Positions 14,994 through 28,421 of a stretch of 64,000 bases of DNA are shown here, piece after piece. A program made the translations under genes and the position numbers. The stretch lies in contig OX597818.1 in assembly GCA_951406725.2 (NCBI GenBank), positions 60,512,001 to 60,576,000 of the forward strand, given 5' to 3'. Every line of letters starts with the position of its first letter. Within the stretch, counting starts at the first letter, position 1. The notes beneath the pieces are model-generated. The model was not told the DNA's origin. It made no database searches and saw only the letters and a program-made list of their open reading frames with translations. Source of the DNA: Octopus vulgaris. Taxonomy: Eukaryota.

Positions 14994-15200
14994 AGGGAGA
15001 CTTTAAGAAAAAAACAAAAGACGAAGACAGGTGGTATACAAAACAAACAGATGTATTAGTATAACGCTCAGGAATAGAAAAAGTCTTTTACGTTTCGAGC
15101 CTACGCTCGTCTACAGAAAGAGACTCAGAAAAAAAAAAACAGGGATAAAAACAAGGAGAGACAAAAATGTGTGTAGTGCCTAACGATCTATCATGGCGAC
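14994..15200 (-). mobile_element. HHR-like repeat family H1 copy
   Basis: Matches 6402-6596. Motif at 15085-15120. Follows (TA)n. Confidence 0.8.
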
Positions 15201-15573
15201 TAGTGCCGGACAGAAGGGTCAAACACGAGGAGGAAAGTAGGGGAGATAACAAGGTAAAGATGACCCCCAACAGAAAGGTGTAATAAAGAAACATATATAT
15301 ATATATATATATACATATATATGTTTCTTTATTAGCCACACAGGGCTTCACACAGACGGAACAGATTACAAAGTAGAGCTTTATATACATGCGTATATAT
15401 ATATATATATATATATATACATACGCATGTATCTATGTACGTATGTATGTATGCAAACATAATACATTCATAATACGCACATACATAAATACATATATAC
15501 ATGTAAAGATACATATGTCTATTTATCTACCAATCAATCAAGCAATGAGTCTATCCATCCATCCATCCATCTA

Positions 15574-15641
<68 letters not shown>

Positions 15642-16040
15642 GTCTGTCTGTCTGTCTATCTATGTATCTATATATCTGTCTATCTATGTAACTATCTATC
15701 TGTCTATCTGTCTTTATATACACACGTATATTTATAGTATTCATATTTCTATATGAAAAAATAATAATGTATAAATGCATGTATGTATACATATATATAT
15801 ATATAAATTCCAACTTATAAGTTATATTTCTATATGTATGCTCGTTCGCTTTTTTCTTTTTGATTCAGAGTAAATTTTGACCTCCAACTTGATAGGAAGA
15901 TTGAGAAGAAAAATATTTTGTTTGGTTCCTCCTCATCCTTGAAAACCGAAGGTCTTTCTGTTTGCAAGAATATGTGTCTAAGTATGTATGTGCGTATGTA
16001 TGTATGTATGCATTTATGTAATTATTCATGTATGTATGCG

Positions 16041-16365
16041 TGAAGGCGCATGGCTTAGTGGTTAGAGCGTCGAGCTTACGATCGTGAGGTTGTGTGTTCG
16101 ATTCCCGGACCGGGCTGTGTGTTGTGTTCTTGAGCAAGACACTTTATTTCACATTGCTCCAGTTCACTCAGCTGTAGAAATGCGTTGCGACATCATTGGT
16201 GCCAAGCTGTATCGGCCTTTGCCTTTCCCTTGGATAACATCAGTGGTGTGGGGAGGGCGACTGCTGGCCTTCCATACAAAAAAATACCTTACTCGGACTT
16301 GTGCCTGGGGGGGGGGTAACTTTCTAGGTGCAATCTTATGGTCATTCATGACCGAAGGGGGTCTC
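16041..16365 (+). mobile_element. SINE family D (tRNA head)
   Basis: GGCGCATGGCTTAGTGGTTAGAGCG...GTTCGATTCCCGG head, then TTGTGTTCTTGAGCAAGACACTTTATTTCAC. Second copy at 53232-53553. Confidence 0.85.
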
Positions 16366-17032
16366 ATATATATATGTCATCATTCAGTTATATTTCAAGA
16401 TTTTTTTGCCCATAACAAGAGTCGGATTCTAAGCTAGATCCAAGGCTCCTTCATTGGAATTTCAACATCAACAACAGAGTATTTTTGTATGTATGAATGT
16501 ATACGCACTGATTCGAATGTTTTGTTTTATGCATTTACTTTCAGTTGTGTGTATGCCCCCAGACGATGAAATAGGCTAGCCCAATACGTAGATATATAGG
16601 GAGAAGCCTATCCGTCAGGAGAGACTAGAACAGAATAAAGCAGAGTAGCGTTGAGTAGAGGTCATCACAACGTGCGACATAACAGTGGCGACGAAGATTT
16701 CGTAGCTCACACAGCCGCTGTGTAGTATTGCGATATAACATTTTCATATCTAGAAATGCTCATATATACTGAAATGATAAATTCTGGAAAGTTTTATAGA
16801 TTTCTACAGTTCCAGTGATGGCTTACATCTGTAGTCTTCGAACAAGATTTTTCCTTTCTGGTTTTGAGAAGCCTGATTTCTCAAGATTGGTATTTAGGCA
16901 GTGTGATACATATCCCAGGTAGTATGGGCCCCTGAATGACTTTTCCAGTTTGCTTCTTTAACAATATTTGCGCAAGTGCATGTGCGTTTACATACACAAA
17001 TATACATGCATGTACACACACATATATTCATC

Positions 17033-17075
<43 letters not shown>

Positions 17076-17080
<5 letters not shown>

Positions 17081-17260
17081 GAATTTACGGGAGAAACAAA
17101 AAACGAAGACGGGTGTGTAAATAGCAAACATGTATTAGTTTAATGCTCAGGAAGTGAGAAAGTCTTTTACGTTTCAAGCCTACGCTCTTCAACATAAAGG
17201 AACACAGAACTAAACAGAGAGAGAAAATTTAATAAAAAAGGTTTAGTGGCTAGCGATCAG
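17076..17260 (-). mobile_element. HHR-like repeat family H1, diverged copy
   Basis: Matches 6402-6596. Motif at 17164-17199. Lies between (TA)n and (TG)n. Confidence 0.75.
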
Positions 17261-17696
17261 TGTGTGTGTGTGCGTGTTGTGTGTGTGTGTGTGTGCGCGT
17301 GTGCGTGCGTGTGTGGATCAAAATAGTTTGATTCAAACTCTTTGGTACTCTGATTTTCAGGCGTGACGCTAATCCTCGGCCAATGAAGTCAGACTCCAAT
17401 AGCCGTCGATTAGCGTTACGCTTGAAACTCAGCGTACCAAGGAGTTTAAGTAAAACTGTTTTGATATTCACACGTAAGTCCCAATAAATGTATTGAGTGC
17501 CCTTCTTTCGTTTGTCTACACATAAACGTTTATTTATGTAACTATTATCTTTCTTTAAATAGCTTATTCCAGATATTTATCTATCTCTTGTCCTGAAGAT
17601 CCCTAAGTATAATCCCAGATGAATCCAGGCAGTGTTTTGAATGTAGTCAGATTGAAGGAAGAGATTAAGTAACCCTATTTATTTATCCACCCCTCC

Positions 17697-17760
<64 letters not shown>

Positions 17761-17820
17761 CATATATATATACATATATATACATATATATATGTATATA
17801 TATATGTATATATGTATATA

Positions 17821-17869
<49 letters not shown>

Positions 17870-18437
17870 GCATGTATCATATTTATGTAGGTATGAATAT
17901 ATATCGGCGTATCTATCTACCAATCCATCTCCGTTTCTATATGTATACATGTGTATGTGTATGCGTGCGTGTGTGTGTGTGTGTGTGTGTGTGCACGTGT
18001 GTGTGCTGGGGGGTTTGTGCGTGGGTGGGTGTAGAGGAACTGATCTACACAGTTCCAAACCTAAACTTCTATGGTTTCTTCGATTCGTGTCATCCATCCG
18101 CATGCTCTTCCTCATCCACTCCCCACCCCGCCCCACCACCACCACCACCACCACCACCACCACCACAACCATCACCACCTCCTCCGCCCTCCTACGCCTC
18201 CTTCTTCAACAGAACATGCTACGATATTCTCTCAAGCATCCACTTACAACATAATGCCAACTGACCTGTGTGAATCGCTTCTCTGTCTTACCCGTACATC
18301 AACGAGTTGCAATGAAATGCTACGGCTTCGCTCCCCAAAGCCACATTTCAATAGATAGGCACACATACATACATACATACATGCATACATACATACTAAC
18401 CTTAATACGCATTCTTATCAACACAGACACACATGCT

Positions 18438-18478
<41 letters not shown>

Positions 18479-18739
18479 TTCAACAGAGATACCAAAGGAG
18501 AGAAAACAGAACGTAATATTATGTGTATAAAATGTATAAAGACAGTTATGTATGCAAATATGTCCTCGGATTTTAAATATGTGTATATGTGTGTTTATGC
18601 GTATGTGTGTGTGTCTGTCTGTTAGTATTTATGTATGTATATGCATATGTATACAAATACGTGTGTGTGTAATTATGTATATATATATATGTATGTTTAT
18701 GTATATGTATATGTATATGCATGTATATATATAAATATG

Positions 18740-18778
<39 letters not shown>

Positions 18779-18915
18779 ATATATATATATGTATATGTAT
18801 GTATTTATGTATATATATAGATATTGTATATGCATGTATTAATGTATATTGATTAGTCTACGACAACCACTAATACATGTACATCAGTATGCAGACATAC
18901 GCACACACACACACG

Positions 18916-18958
<43 letters not shown>

Positions 18959-19044
18959 GAGACCAAACATATAATTATATATCAAACACAGCGCAAATAT
19001 AATACACCAGACACATATACACACACATAGAAGAAACCAGGCTG

Positions 19045-19085
<41 letters not shown>

Positions 19086-19504
19086 CCACTTCTTGCAAAG
19101 CACACAAACCACGGCAAAGCGCCTTCAAATGCATAGAATTACTTTTCATATTCACAAACACTTGCAGAGTCTCTTCATACATTCTATATACACACTGACC
19201 ACTGCACCATACCGGAGCCGTCGCTATACACCCACCAGCCCACAGCACACGAAACCACATCATAGAAACCTGGTGCTTTGAAGATAAATCATGTTATGTC
19301 GACAAGAAAATTACACCATAAGATTCTTTAGAATCCAGCGTATGGCTGGGAAATATAAAGGATAAATGCGGAATATTAGCTGCATGTATGTATAAATGAT
19401 GGGCGTAAAATATCAGTTCAATCATCTTCACCTATCAGCTATAGGAGAGTTTTAGCTGAATGTGTGTGTATGTGTGTTTGAATACGTATAAATACAAATC
19501 GTGA

Positions 19505-19858
19505 TACTCCGTCGGTTACGACGACGGGAGTTGCAGTTGATCCGATCAACGGAACAGCCTGCTCGTGAAATTAACGTGCAAGTGGCTGAGTACTGGGCAG
19601 ACATGTGTAGGTTTAACATAGGTCGCGAGGAGATTCAGTGTGACACAGGGTGTGACAAGGTTGGCCCCTTTGAAATACAGGTACAACAGAAAGAGGAAGA
19701 AAGAGTGAGAGAAAGTTGGGGTGAAAGAGTACAGCAGGGTTAGCCACTATCACATGCCGGAGCCTCGTGCAGCTTTAGGTGTTTTCGCTCAATAAACACT
19801 CATAAAGCCCAGTCTATGACTGCAAGTCTACTGCCCTAACCACTGGTCCATTGCCCCG
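19505..19858 (-). mobile_element. SINE family A
   Basis: Reverse complement of 38965-39342. Confidence 0.8.
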
Positions 19859-19894
19859 CCACATAAATGCAAATATCAATATGTGTACAGACAA

Positions 19895-20262
19895 GGCGGT
19901 GAGCTGGCAGAATCGTTAGCACGCTGGACGAAATGCTTATCTGTATTTCGTCTACCGCTACGCCCTGCGTTCAAATTCAACTGAGGTCAATTTTGCCTTT
20001 CATCTTTTCGGAGTCGATGAAATAAGTACCACTTGCGTACCGGGGTCGATTTAATCGACTTACCCTACCCCTCAAAAAATTTCAGGCCTTGTGCCTCGTG
20101 TAGAAAGGCAATTTTGTCCGTCTTTACGCAATGTGTTCAAATCTTGCCGAGGTCGACTTTGCCTTTCAGCTTCACGGGAATCGATAAAATAAGTACCAGT
20201 TGAATACTGGCCCTACCACGCTGCCACCAAAATTTCAGGCCTTGTGCCTTTAGTAGAAAGCC

Positions 20263-20312
<50 letters not shown>

Positions 20313-20610
20313 GAGTGAGAGAGCAGTGCATGCCATCAAAGTGACACTGGGCTTCGTATATTTTACCCCATATCAGACGGTTAGTCATGATGGGTATACT
20401 GGGCTTCGTATATTTTACCCCAGTGTCACTTTGGTGGCATGCACTGCTCTCTCACTCGTCTGTCTGCACGTTCTGAGTTCAAATTCCGCCGAGGTCAACT
20501 TTGCCTTTCATCCTTTCGCAGTCGATAAAAAGGAATCGGCTGTGCCAGGGGTCGACATAATCGACTTACTCCCTCCAGCGAATTTGCTGGCCTTGTGCTA
20601 AAATTTAAAA
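19895..20610 (+). mobile_element. Family B SINE copies flanking a family E hairpin fragment
   Basis: Head GGCGGTGAGCTGGCAGAATCGTTAGCACG at 19895, further units at ~20112-20260 and 20458-20610. Confidence 0.7.
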
Positions 20611-21145
20611 CTAATATGAGTATGGGCGCATATGTATGGGTGTATTCATGTACGCATGTATGTATACACACACGCACATATATATATATATAAACATATG
20701 TATATTTGTACATACACACACACACATTTATATTTATGTAAATGCGTGGGGGTTGATGGATTCGTTTGAATATAATAGAATAAATTAAAATAAAGAATAA
20801 GATAAAATAAGAAGTAAAGTAAAAAATAAAGATAAAATAAAAATGAAATACAGAAAGAAAATAGAATAAAATAACTTATAATATAATAAATAAAAAATAA
20901 ATCAATTCCATACATTTAGTCTGTTGGAATGAACACATTGGACGACGTAAGCTTTTAATGTCTAAATTTTCCATGGTGATATTTTGCACGTAACTTATAA
21001 ATGTAAATTTAATGCATAAATTTGAAATCTATTTAATGAGTACAAATGGAAACACGTGTAGGAAGAAATGACTATCAATTTGTTGATGAATAAATATTAA
21101 CATTATCTCTCCATTTTCTTCTCTTAATTTATATATATATATATT

Positions 21146-21197
<52 letters not shown>

Positions 21198-21330
21198 AAA
21201 TAATATGTGACAATTATTCAATAGCCAAGATAAAACTCTGAGTTTCGGATGCCGAAGTGGAAATCCACCTACATTTCTTCTATTTACATAATATTGAGGT
21301 CTCTTTCTTTTGTTATTTTACCGTTTTTAG

Positions 21331-21368
<38 letters not shown>

Positions 21369-21574
21369 GCATATATATTTATATATACACACACATATAT
21401 ATGTATGTATGTTTATATATATGCAAGAATTCATGTATGTATGCATGTGTGTAAAAATATATATGTGTGTGTGTGTGTGTGTGTGTTGATATATGTGTGT
21501 GTGTTGATATATGTGTGTGTGTAAAAAGATATATATATATATATGTGTGTGTGTGTGCTGATAGATAGATAGAC

Positions 21575-21670
<96 letters not shown>

Positions 21671-21830
21671 TATATTGATAGGCTGTAGGGAATACAAATA
21701 TTTCTTACAGAGAATGAGTGAATGTATATATAAATGCATGTAGAATGCACCGGGGCAATAAATAGTGGAAGATATCCTCAAACCGAAGTGGATGTGTTTA
21801 AATGTATACTGTATATATATATATATATAT

Positions 21831-22300
21831 ATATTGTTATATTTCGGAATGGTCATTTTGCTAGTTTAGCCAATAAAAACACACGCACTATATATTTGGT
21901 GTTACTTTGTTTCAGTGTTATTTATTTTTTACATTAATCTTAATCTTATTCCGGCCAGAGTTCTTTCGTGACACTCCTGTGACCGCATCAGTGGTCCTTT
22001 GTTTTCTTCTTTCTTATTTGTGTCTCTCCTTACTAACCGTCAGCCATTTTGTATTTCTATTGTATGTCTTCATTTGCGCATGCCTATATCTCTATGTGCG
22101 TCTATGTGACGAAAGGACTCTGGCCGAAATAAAATTAAGATTAATGTAAAAAATAAATAACACTGAAGCAAAGTAACACCAAATATATAGTGCGTGTGTT
22201 TTTATTGGCTAAACTGGCAAAATGACCATTCCGAAATATAACAATATCTGTTTCAACACACAACTTCACATAAAAAATCTTGCACAACAAATATATAAAC
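21831..22300. mobile_element. Fold-back element with HHR-like motif between (TA)n tracts (family H3)
   Basis: Inverted arms 21831-~21974 and ~22105-22247. Minus 21953-21997 reads GACCA-CTGATGC-GGTCAC..GTCAC-GAAAGAACTC-TGGCC. A relative lies at 26475-26770. Confidence 0.8.
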
Positions 22301-22331
<31 letters not shown>

Positions 22332-22332
<1 letters not shown>

Positions 22333-23371
22333 TAGCAGCATAGCCCGGCGTTGCCCGGGTATGTAAGAAACTGTCGATAAGCAATGTCCTTTACCTTTTT
22401 ACCCTTTTTTGTACTCATTGAACCGTTATTTTGTAAAATGAAGCCTAAAAGGCATTAAGGCATTCAAGGCACCGTTCTCTTGCATGCATGACTACAGCCC
22501 AACATTGCTCGGATTTGAAGCAAAAGGAAAACATATGCCATTTCTAGTAACCTTTATGATAAAAGCGGCAAAAATCGACTAAGTCGCCTGAAATCCGCCA
22601 ACTATTTAACAAAAGTCTGTTTTGTAGGGTTCGCATGGTCGGTCTCAAAGTGATATGGTTTTGTCGATTTCTCCCAATACTTGTTAACTACATTGACAAA
22701 AGGTCGTTAGTTTGACATTTAATGCAAACTTGATGTCCAACATCGGTGTAGGGAAAATCTATGTGAACTTTCAAAAAATATCGCAGAAAAATCGGTTTGC
22801 TATGTGTGCCACATATGATGTAATTAACCGATTATTTTCCAGTAATAACGTATCCTATTGGAATCAAAAGGGCCATATAGCTCCTTGGAGCAGACACGAT
22901 GCTCACTGTGAATTTCAAAAAATTCCTGCCAATTTGTTAAAGATATTGTCGAAAATATGTCATCTTGAATTTGAACGCAATTTCCCAAAATGGCATGATT
23001 TTATCGATTTTTTTCTGATGGTAAGGTATTGCATGGAAAACTAACATCATAATTAAGTTCCTTAGGGTAACATTAAGCTTCACCATGAGTTTGGTGAAAA
23101 TCGATTGTAAGTTGCGAAAACTACAACGGAAAATATGTTGCATATGATAAGCTTAGATTCTCGACCCCATGTCGAATTTAGCGAATTTTTTTCAAAACTG
23201 GGGGAACTTTTCAAAATTTTCGTTGCGTTAGTTTTGAATTATGATATTAGGCTATGTGTGTGTCAAGTTTCATCAGAATTGGTTGAAAGCCGTGGTCAGG
23301 GTGAGGGTACAACCTGACAGACTCACAGACAGATACACAGACAGAAAAACTGCCGTTTATATATAGAGAGA
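22332..23371 (-). mobile_element. Non-autonomous Helitron
   Basis: Minus strand starts TC(TCTCTATATATAAAC) and ends CCCGGGCAACGCCGGG hairpin + ..CTAG. Inserted between A and T. Confidence 0.85.
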
Positions 23372-23738
23372 TATATAACGACGAGATGTAGCCTTTGGTA
23401 GATCGACTTAATTAAGTGTAATTTAATTTAATTGGGCTGGTTTGCCATTAAAAACATCGAAACAATGCATTGTCTAAAGATGAATAGGGTAAATGTTTTT
23501 TTAATTTTCCTTTAATTTCTGAATTACTACTACTTGGCGGTTTGAGTCCTGGCTGCTCTTTCTAGTGGGTCGAATGGCCTATTTGAGGCCGTTTCTCAAT
23601 TGTTGTTGAATTTATATATATATATATATATATAAACATAAATGCCTCACACTAAGAGGGACAAAGTCATTACTACCAAAATTATACTAATCATACCTAA
23701 ATGCAGTTTTTCAAAGCAAGACATTTAAAAATGAATTT

Positions 23739-23796
23739 AGTTCTGTATCACCGTGATTTCACATTCAACTTACGTCTTATGATCATCAGCAGAACT
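23739..23796 (-). ncRNA. Hammerhead ribozyme motif (mirror copy)
   Basis: Exact reverse complement of 23848-23905. Confidence 0.75.
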
Positions 23797-23847
23797 GATT
23801 CTGAACACATCATAAATAAACTACCAATTTATGATGTGTTCAGAATC

Positions 23848-23905
23848 AGTTCTGCTGATGATCATAAGACGTAAGTTGAATGTGAAATCACGGTGATACA
23901 GAACT
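23848..23905 (+). ncRNA. Type-I hammerhead ribozyme motif
   Basis: AGTTCTG-CTGATGA-TCAT..ATGT-GAA-ATCAC(G)GTGAT-A-CAGAACT: 7-bp helix I, canonical core, AUA site at 23896-23898. Helix II is weak. Confidence 0.75.
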
Positions 23906-24160
23906 AAATTCATTTTTTTAAATGTCTTGCTTTGAAAAACTGCATTTAGGTATGATTAGTATAATTTTGGTAGTAATGACTTTGTCCCTCTTAGTGTGAG
24001 GCATTTATGTGTAATAATGCCCTCTATACAATATAGATATAATTAATTTGTTCAAAAGAAAAAAAATTATTTTCGAATTCTTTTCTTTTTATGAGGTTTT
24101 CACGCTAACTACCCGATAATTTCTTGTTAAGATCCCTTAATAAGAGGTTATCCTTAATTG

Positions 24161-24235
<75 letters not shown>

Positions 24236-24761
24236 GGGGAGAGAGATACAGAGGGACCGCTGCTGATTTGAATTCGTTTAGTACAGATGTAACAGATATA
24301 TAAAAAGCAAAGTGAGATTGAATGTTTTCTGGTCCCATTACTGTCCACTCGTTCGTCCATATGGTTGTATTTTTAGCTGTATTCAGTTTGACCCCTGCTC
24401 TAATACCAGCCCCCAAAACGAAGGTGGGAGGATAATTAGCCTTTGCAGTGACCGTCGTGTTCGGAGTGTACGTGCACTGCGCATCGATAGCTTTAATACC
24501 GGTCTTGTGTATCTCAATTTATATAACGAAGATTCTATTTTATCTCCCTAAAGAGATTTAGAGCCAGAATATTTAAAGTACGCATGTGTGCGTGTGTATA
24601 TGTGTGTATATGTGTGTGTGTGTGTATGTGTGTGTGTATGTGTGTGTGTGTGTGCGGATACATCTGTCTCACAATGCGGGAGTATATTTTTATGTGTGAG
24701 GGATGCATGTTTGCATATATGTATATGTACACATATTGATATCTATCTACCTCACTCTCTA

Positions 24762-24795
<34 letters not shown>

Positions 24796-24823
24796 CCTAT
24801 CTATCTATCTATCTATCTATATG

Positions 24824-24876
<53 letters not shown>

Positions 24877-24940
24877 TTATCTATCTATCTATCTTCCTAT
24901 CTATCTGTCTGTCTATTTATCTGTCTAACTATCCATTTAC

Positions 24941-24992
<52 letters not shown>

Positions 24993-25405
24993 GTGTATGT
25001 ATGTATATCTACTCACATATATATGCCTTATGCATACATATGTATATGTGTGTATTTACACACGCATTGATGTATACGTATATAAGTAGATAAATAGTTA
25101 TATATGTATATATATATATGGATGCATGTAATTATGTATATATGTAGTATTCATACACATGTATATATTTATTCATACTTTAGTGCGTACACGTATGCAC
25201 ACTTAATATTCCATAATTCAATTGAGCTGAGCATTTCCAAAATCCTGAATCTCTCCTCTACTAAATATGTTAGGTTACAATCGTATAATTGTTTTAGAAC
25301 GAATCTAAATATATATTCCTTCCGTAGTAATCTACTTCTTTCACAATATCATTTTCACATAGGGAATAATTTGAACATGCTGTGTACTATTATATTATAG
25401 TCATA

Positions 25406-25801
25406 CTAGCTGTATCGCCCGGCGTTGCTCGGATTCGTTAGGGAAATAACTATATAAGCATTTTTAGAGATGTAAAGTATAATAGCCATCTCAATATGGC
25501 TAACCACAAAAGAGGGGTGTTACTGTAGCTTTTTACGTTCTGAGATTTAATAATACATTTTTAGAGAGCTACTTCCCTTATATAATAGCAAAAAAATGCA
25601 TTAAAAATGGGAAAAAATGATGGTAAATTTTTTTTTAAATCGTAGACTCATCGTGGACGCGCGCTAATACCCAGAAGGGCTCGATATGAATCACGACTAT
25701 AAGATACCCGCTTTTGGTTAAACTGCACCGCAAAATGTGGGAGTAGTTAGGAATCTAAATCGTAGGAGACAGACACACAACTTCACTTTTATATGCAAAG
25801 A
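25406..25801 (-). mobile_element. Non-autonomous Helitron (~400 bp)
   Basis: 5' TC and 3' hairpin+CTAG on minus. Homologous to 31581-31976 and 48787-49163. Confidence 0.85.
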
Positions 25802-25811
25802 TATCTGCGGT

Positions 25812-26188
25812 GGTGCAATGGTCCAGTTGTTAGGGCAGTGGACTCGCGGTCGTAAGATCGCGGTTTCGATTCCCAGACTGGGAGTTGTGAGTATTTATTG
25901 AGCGAAAACACCTAAAGCTCTACGAGGCCCCAGCAAGGGGTGGTGACGAACTCTGCTGTATTCTTTCACTGCAACTTTCTCTCACTCTTTCTTCCTGTTT
26001 CTGATGTACTTGTATTTCAAAAGGGCCAGCCTTGTCACACTCTGTGTCACGCTTAATTCTCCCTGAGAATTAAGCCTTAAGGGTACACGTGTCTGTGGAG
26101 TGCTCGGCCACTTGCACGTTAATTTCACGAGCAAGCTGTTCCGTTGATCATACTAACTGGGGCCCTCGTCGTCGTAACCGACGGTGAG
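25812..26188 (+). mobile_element. SINE family A
   Basis: tRNA-like head GGTGCAATGGTCCAGT..GGACTCGCGGTC..GGTTTCGATTCCC, 3' CCCTCGTCGTCGTAACCGACGG. Confidence 0.85.
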
Positions 26189-26249
26189 CCACGAATCATC
26201 TACACTTTGATCTTAGTCAAATTACCTGTCTATATCTTTTATTATTTAC

Positions 26250-27190
26250 GGTTTTCAATCATTGGACTGCGGTCATGCTAGTATATTGACGTGACCGGTT
26301 TAGTCGAATGAATCCATCTCAGAACATATTTCCTTTAAAGAGCCTGGCGCGCATTCTATCGATCGCTTTTGCCCTGACTGCTAAGTCACGGGGACGTAAA
26401 CAAACCAACACCGGCTTGTCAAGCGGCGGTGGGGACAAGAAGAAAGACACACTCAAATAGATATATACATACATAAGTGTACATTTTGCAGAAAATAAAA
26501 GACCGTTCTTTAAAATGCCTGATAAGAAGAATGGTATAAGAGGAGCGAGAGCACACACGAAGATGGAAAGTATCGCTGAAGACGTCACAGATGTGTGACG
26601 AAAGATTCCCAGACAATGGACATGACTTAGAATAAGAAGAGTAATAAACGAGTGAAGAACGAAGGTATGGTGCGTGTGTTTTATTTGGCAGCAAAAAGTG
26701 ACCGTCCCGAAATACAACAATATCCCTTTCAACACACGATTTCACATGAGGAATCTAGCAACACAAATTGATAATCGTAACCTAATAATAACTTTTGAGA
26801 TAGGAGTACATTTTTACACACAAACATTTGAAGTACCGAGTGGGTTGGCGGTATCTGACAGCAAACAAAGGAAGTCTCGAACCTAGAATGCCTGTGGGAA
26901 AAGCTTAGAAGATCAGGAAAATATGCTCACAGGACTTGCTGACGTTCTAACGGTATTCACCCGATCTTTTAAGCTGTCTTCACAGTTATTGTGCGATCAA
27001 AGTTTCATTTATTTGCTGTAAAGTACGATCAGGCACGTGTGCGCGTGTGCGTGCGTATGTGTGTATGTGTGTGTGTGCGTACATACACGGCAGACTTCTT
27101 TCTGTTATAGTCTGCCAAATCCACGCCGGACACTTTAGTCGCTTCGAGGCTGCAATAGAAGAGTAGTTGGCACGCAGTGGAAGTGAACCT
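26250..27190 (-). mobile_element. Old SINE family C split by an insertion
   Basis: 3' half at 26250-26455 and 5' half at ~27088-27190. The intervening sequence includes an H3-related element. Confidence 0.6.
26475..26770 (+). mobile_element. H3-related HHR-bearing element
   Basis: CTGAAGA-C-GTCACA(GATG)TGTGAC-GAAA at 26576-26603 (helix I decayed). Downstream GTGCGTGTGTTTT..CCGAAATACAACAATATC matches 22190-22290. Confidence 0.7.
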
Positions 27191-28060
27191 GGACTATGAA
27201 ACAATGGTCGGGACTTTGAGAGACCGGGCCGCGAATTCTTTTTCCCACGAGACTTCCGGACCCCAGTTATGAACTTATTTGCATACAGCCAATCAAAGCT
27301 AAAATATCAAACTAATTTAATCAACTATGGTGGTGACACGGCGTTACTACCAAACAATGGTCGGGACTTTGACAGACCGGGCCGCTAAATTTTTTCCCAC
27401 GAGAGTTCCGGACCCCAGTTATGAACTTATTTGCATACAGCCAATCAGAGATGAACTATCAAACTAATTTAATCAACTATGGTGGTGACACGGCAGGACT
27501 ACGAAACAATGGTCGGGACTTTGACAGACCGGGCCGCGAATTCTTCTTCTCAGGAGAGTTTCGGTCCCCAGTTATGAACTTATTTGCATACAGCCAATCA
27601 GAGATCAAATATTAAACTCATTTAATCAACTATGGTGGTGACACGGCAGGACTACGTAAGAATGGTGGGGACTTTGAGTGACCGGCCGCGAATTGTTTTC
27701 CCACGAGAGTTCCGAACCCAATTTATGAACTTATTTGCATACAGTCAATCAGAGATCAACTATGGTGGCGGCACGGCGTGACTACGAAACAATGGTCGGG
27801 ACTTTGAGAGACCGGGCCACGCATTCTTTTTCCCACGAGAGTTCCGGACCCCAGTTATGAACTTATTTGCATACAGCCAATCAAAGCTAAAATATCAAAC
27901 TAATTTAATCAACTATGGTGGCGTCACGGCGTGACTACGAAACAATGGTCGGGACTTTGTCAGACGGGCCGCGAAATTCATTTTTCCACGAGAGTTCCGG
28001 ACACCATTTATGAACTTATTTGCATACAGCCAATCAGAGATCAACTATCAAACTATTTTA
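27191..28060 (+). repeat. Tandem array of six ~152-bp units with octamer + CCAAT motifs
   Basis: ATTTGCAT starts at 27277, 27429, 27582, 27733, 27865 and 28018, each followed by ACAGCCAATC (ACAGTCAATC in unit 4). Confidence 0.95.
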
Positions 28061-28421
28061 TGATCGCATATCGAGTGATGGGCGTTAAGATAAGGTCACT
28101 TGGTTAAGCAATGACCATGCTTCTTTTCTCTTTTGATAATGCTTGTTGTTCTTGTTCTTGTCTCAACTATGGCTGCCTCTGTGTCGTTATTTGTGTTGTT
28201 GTTTACTTTGTACAATAGTAAGGGGAGAGGTTTGCTAGACCATCACCCTCTACTCATTTTTTCCCTTCCACATCTTTACCATATGGGGTCGATATAACAA
28301 AATATAACAAAATCTGTCTAATTACTTGTCTCCTAAACTCAGGCATAACTTGGCGATCGGTCAACTTATAACGCGGTTCTTTGTCTTGAGTTTACTTGAC
28401 AGAGTGTGTTTGTTAACTTGA

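Larger units (their letters stand above)
23636..24010. mobile_element. Near-perfect ~182-bp-arm palindrome carrying two HHRs (family H4)
   Basis: Arms 23636-23817 and 23827-24010 with a 9-nt loop AAACTACCA. Left edge abuts (TA)n. Confidence 0.9.

Noticed and set aside
23385-23480. GAA-ACAATGCATTGT-C-TAAAG, a hammerhead-like 3' half
   Set aside because: No recognisable CTGANGA core upstream, so it is at best a relic.
27191-28060. CRISPR-like appearance of regularly spaced repeats
   Set aside because: The whole unit repeats with no unique spacers, there are no cas genes, and the context is eukaryotic.
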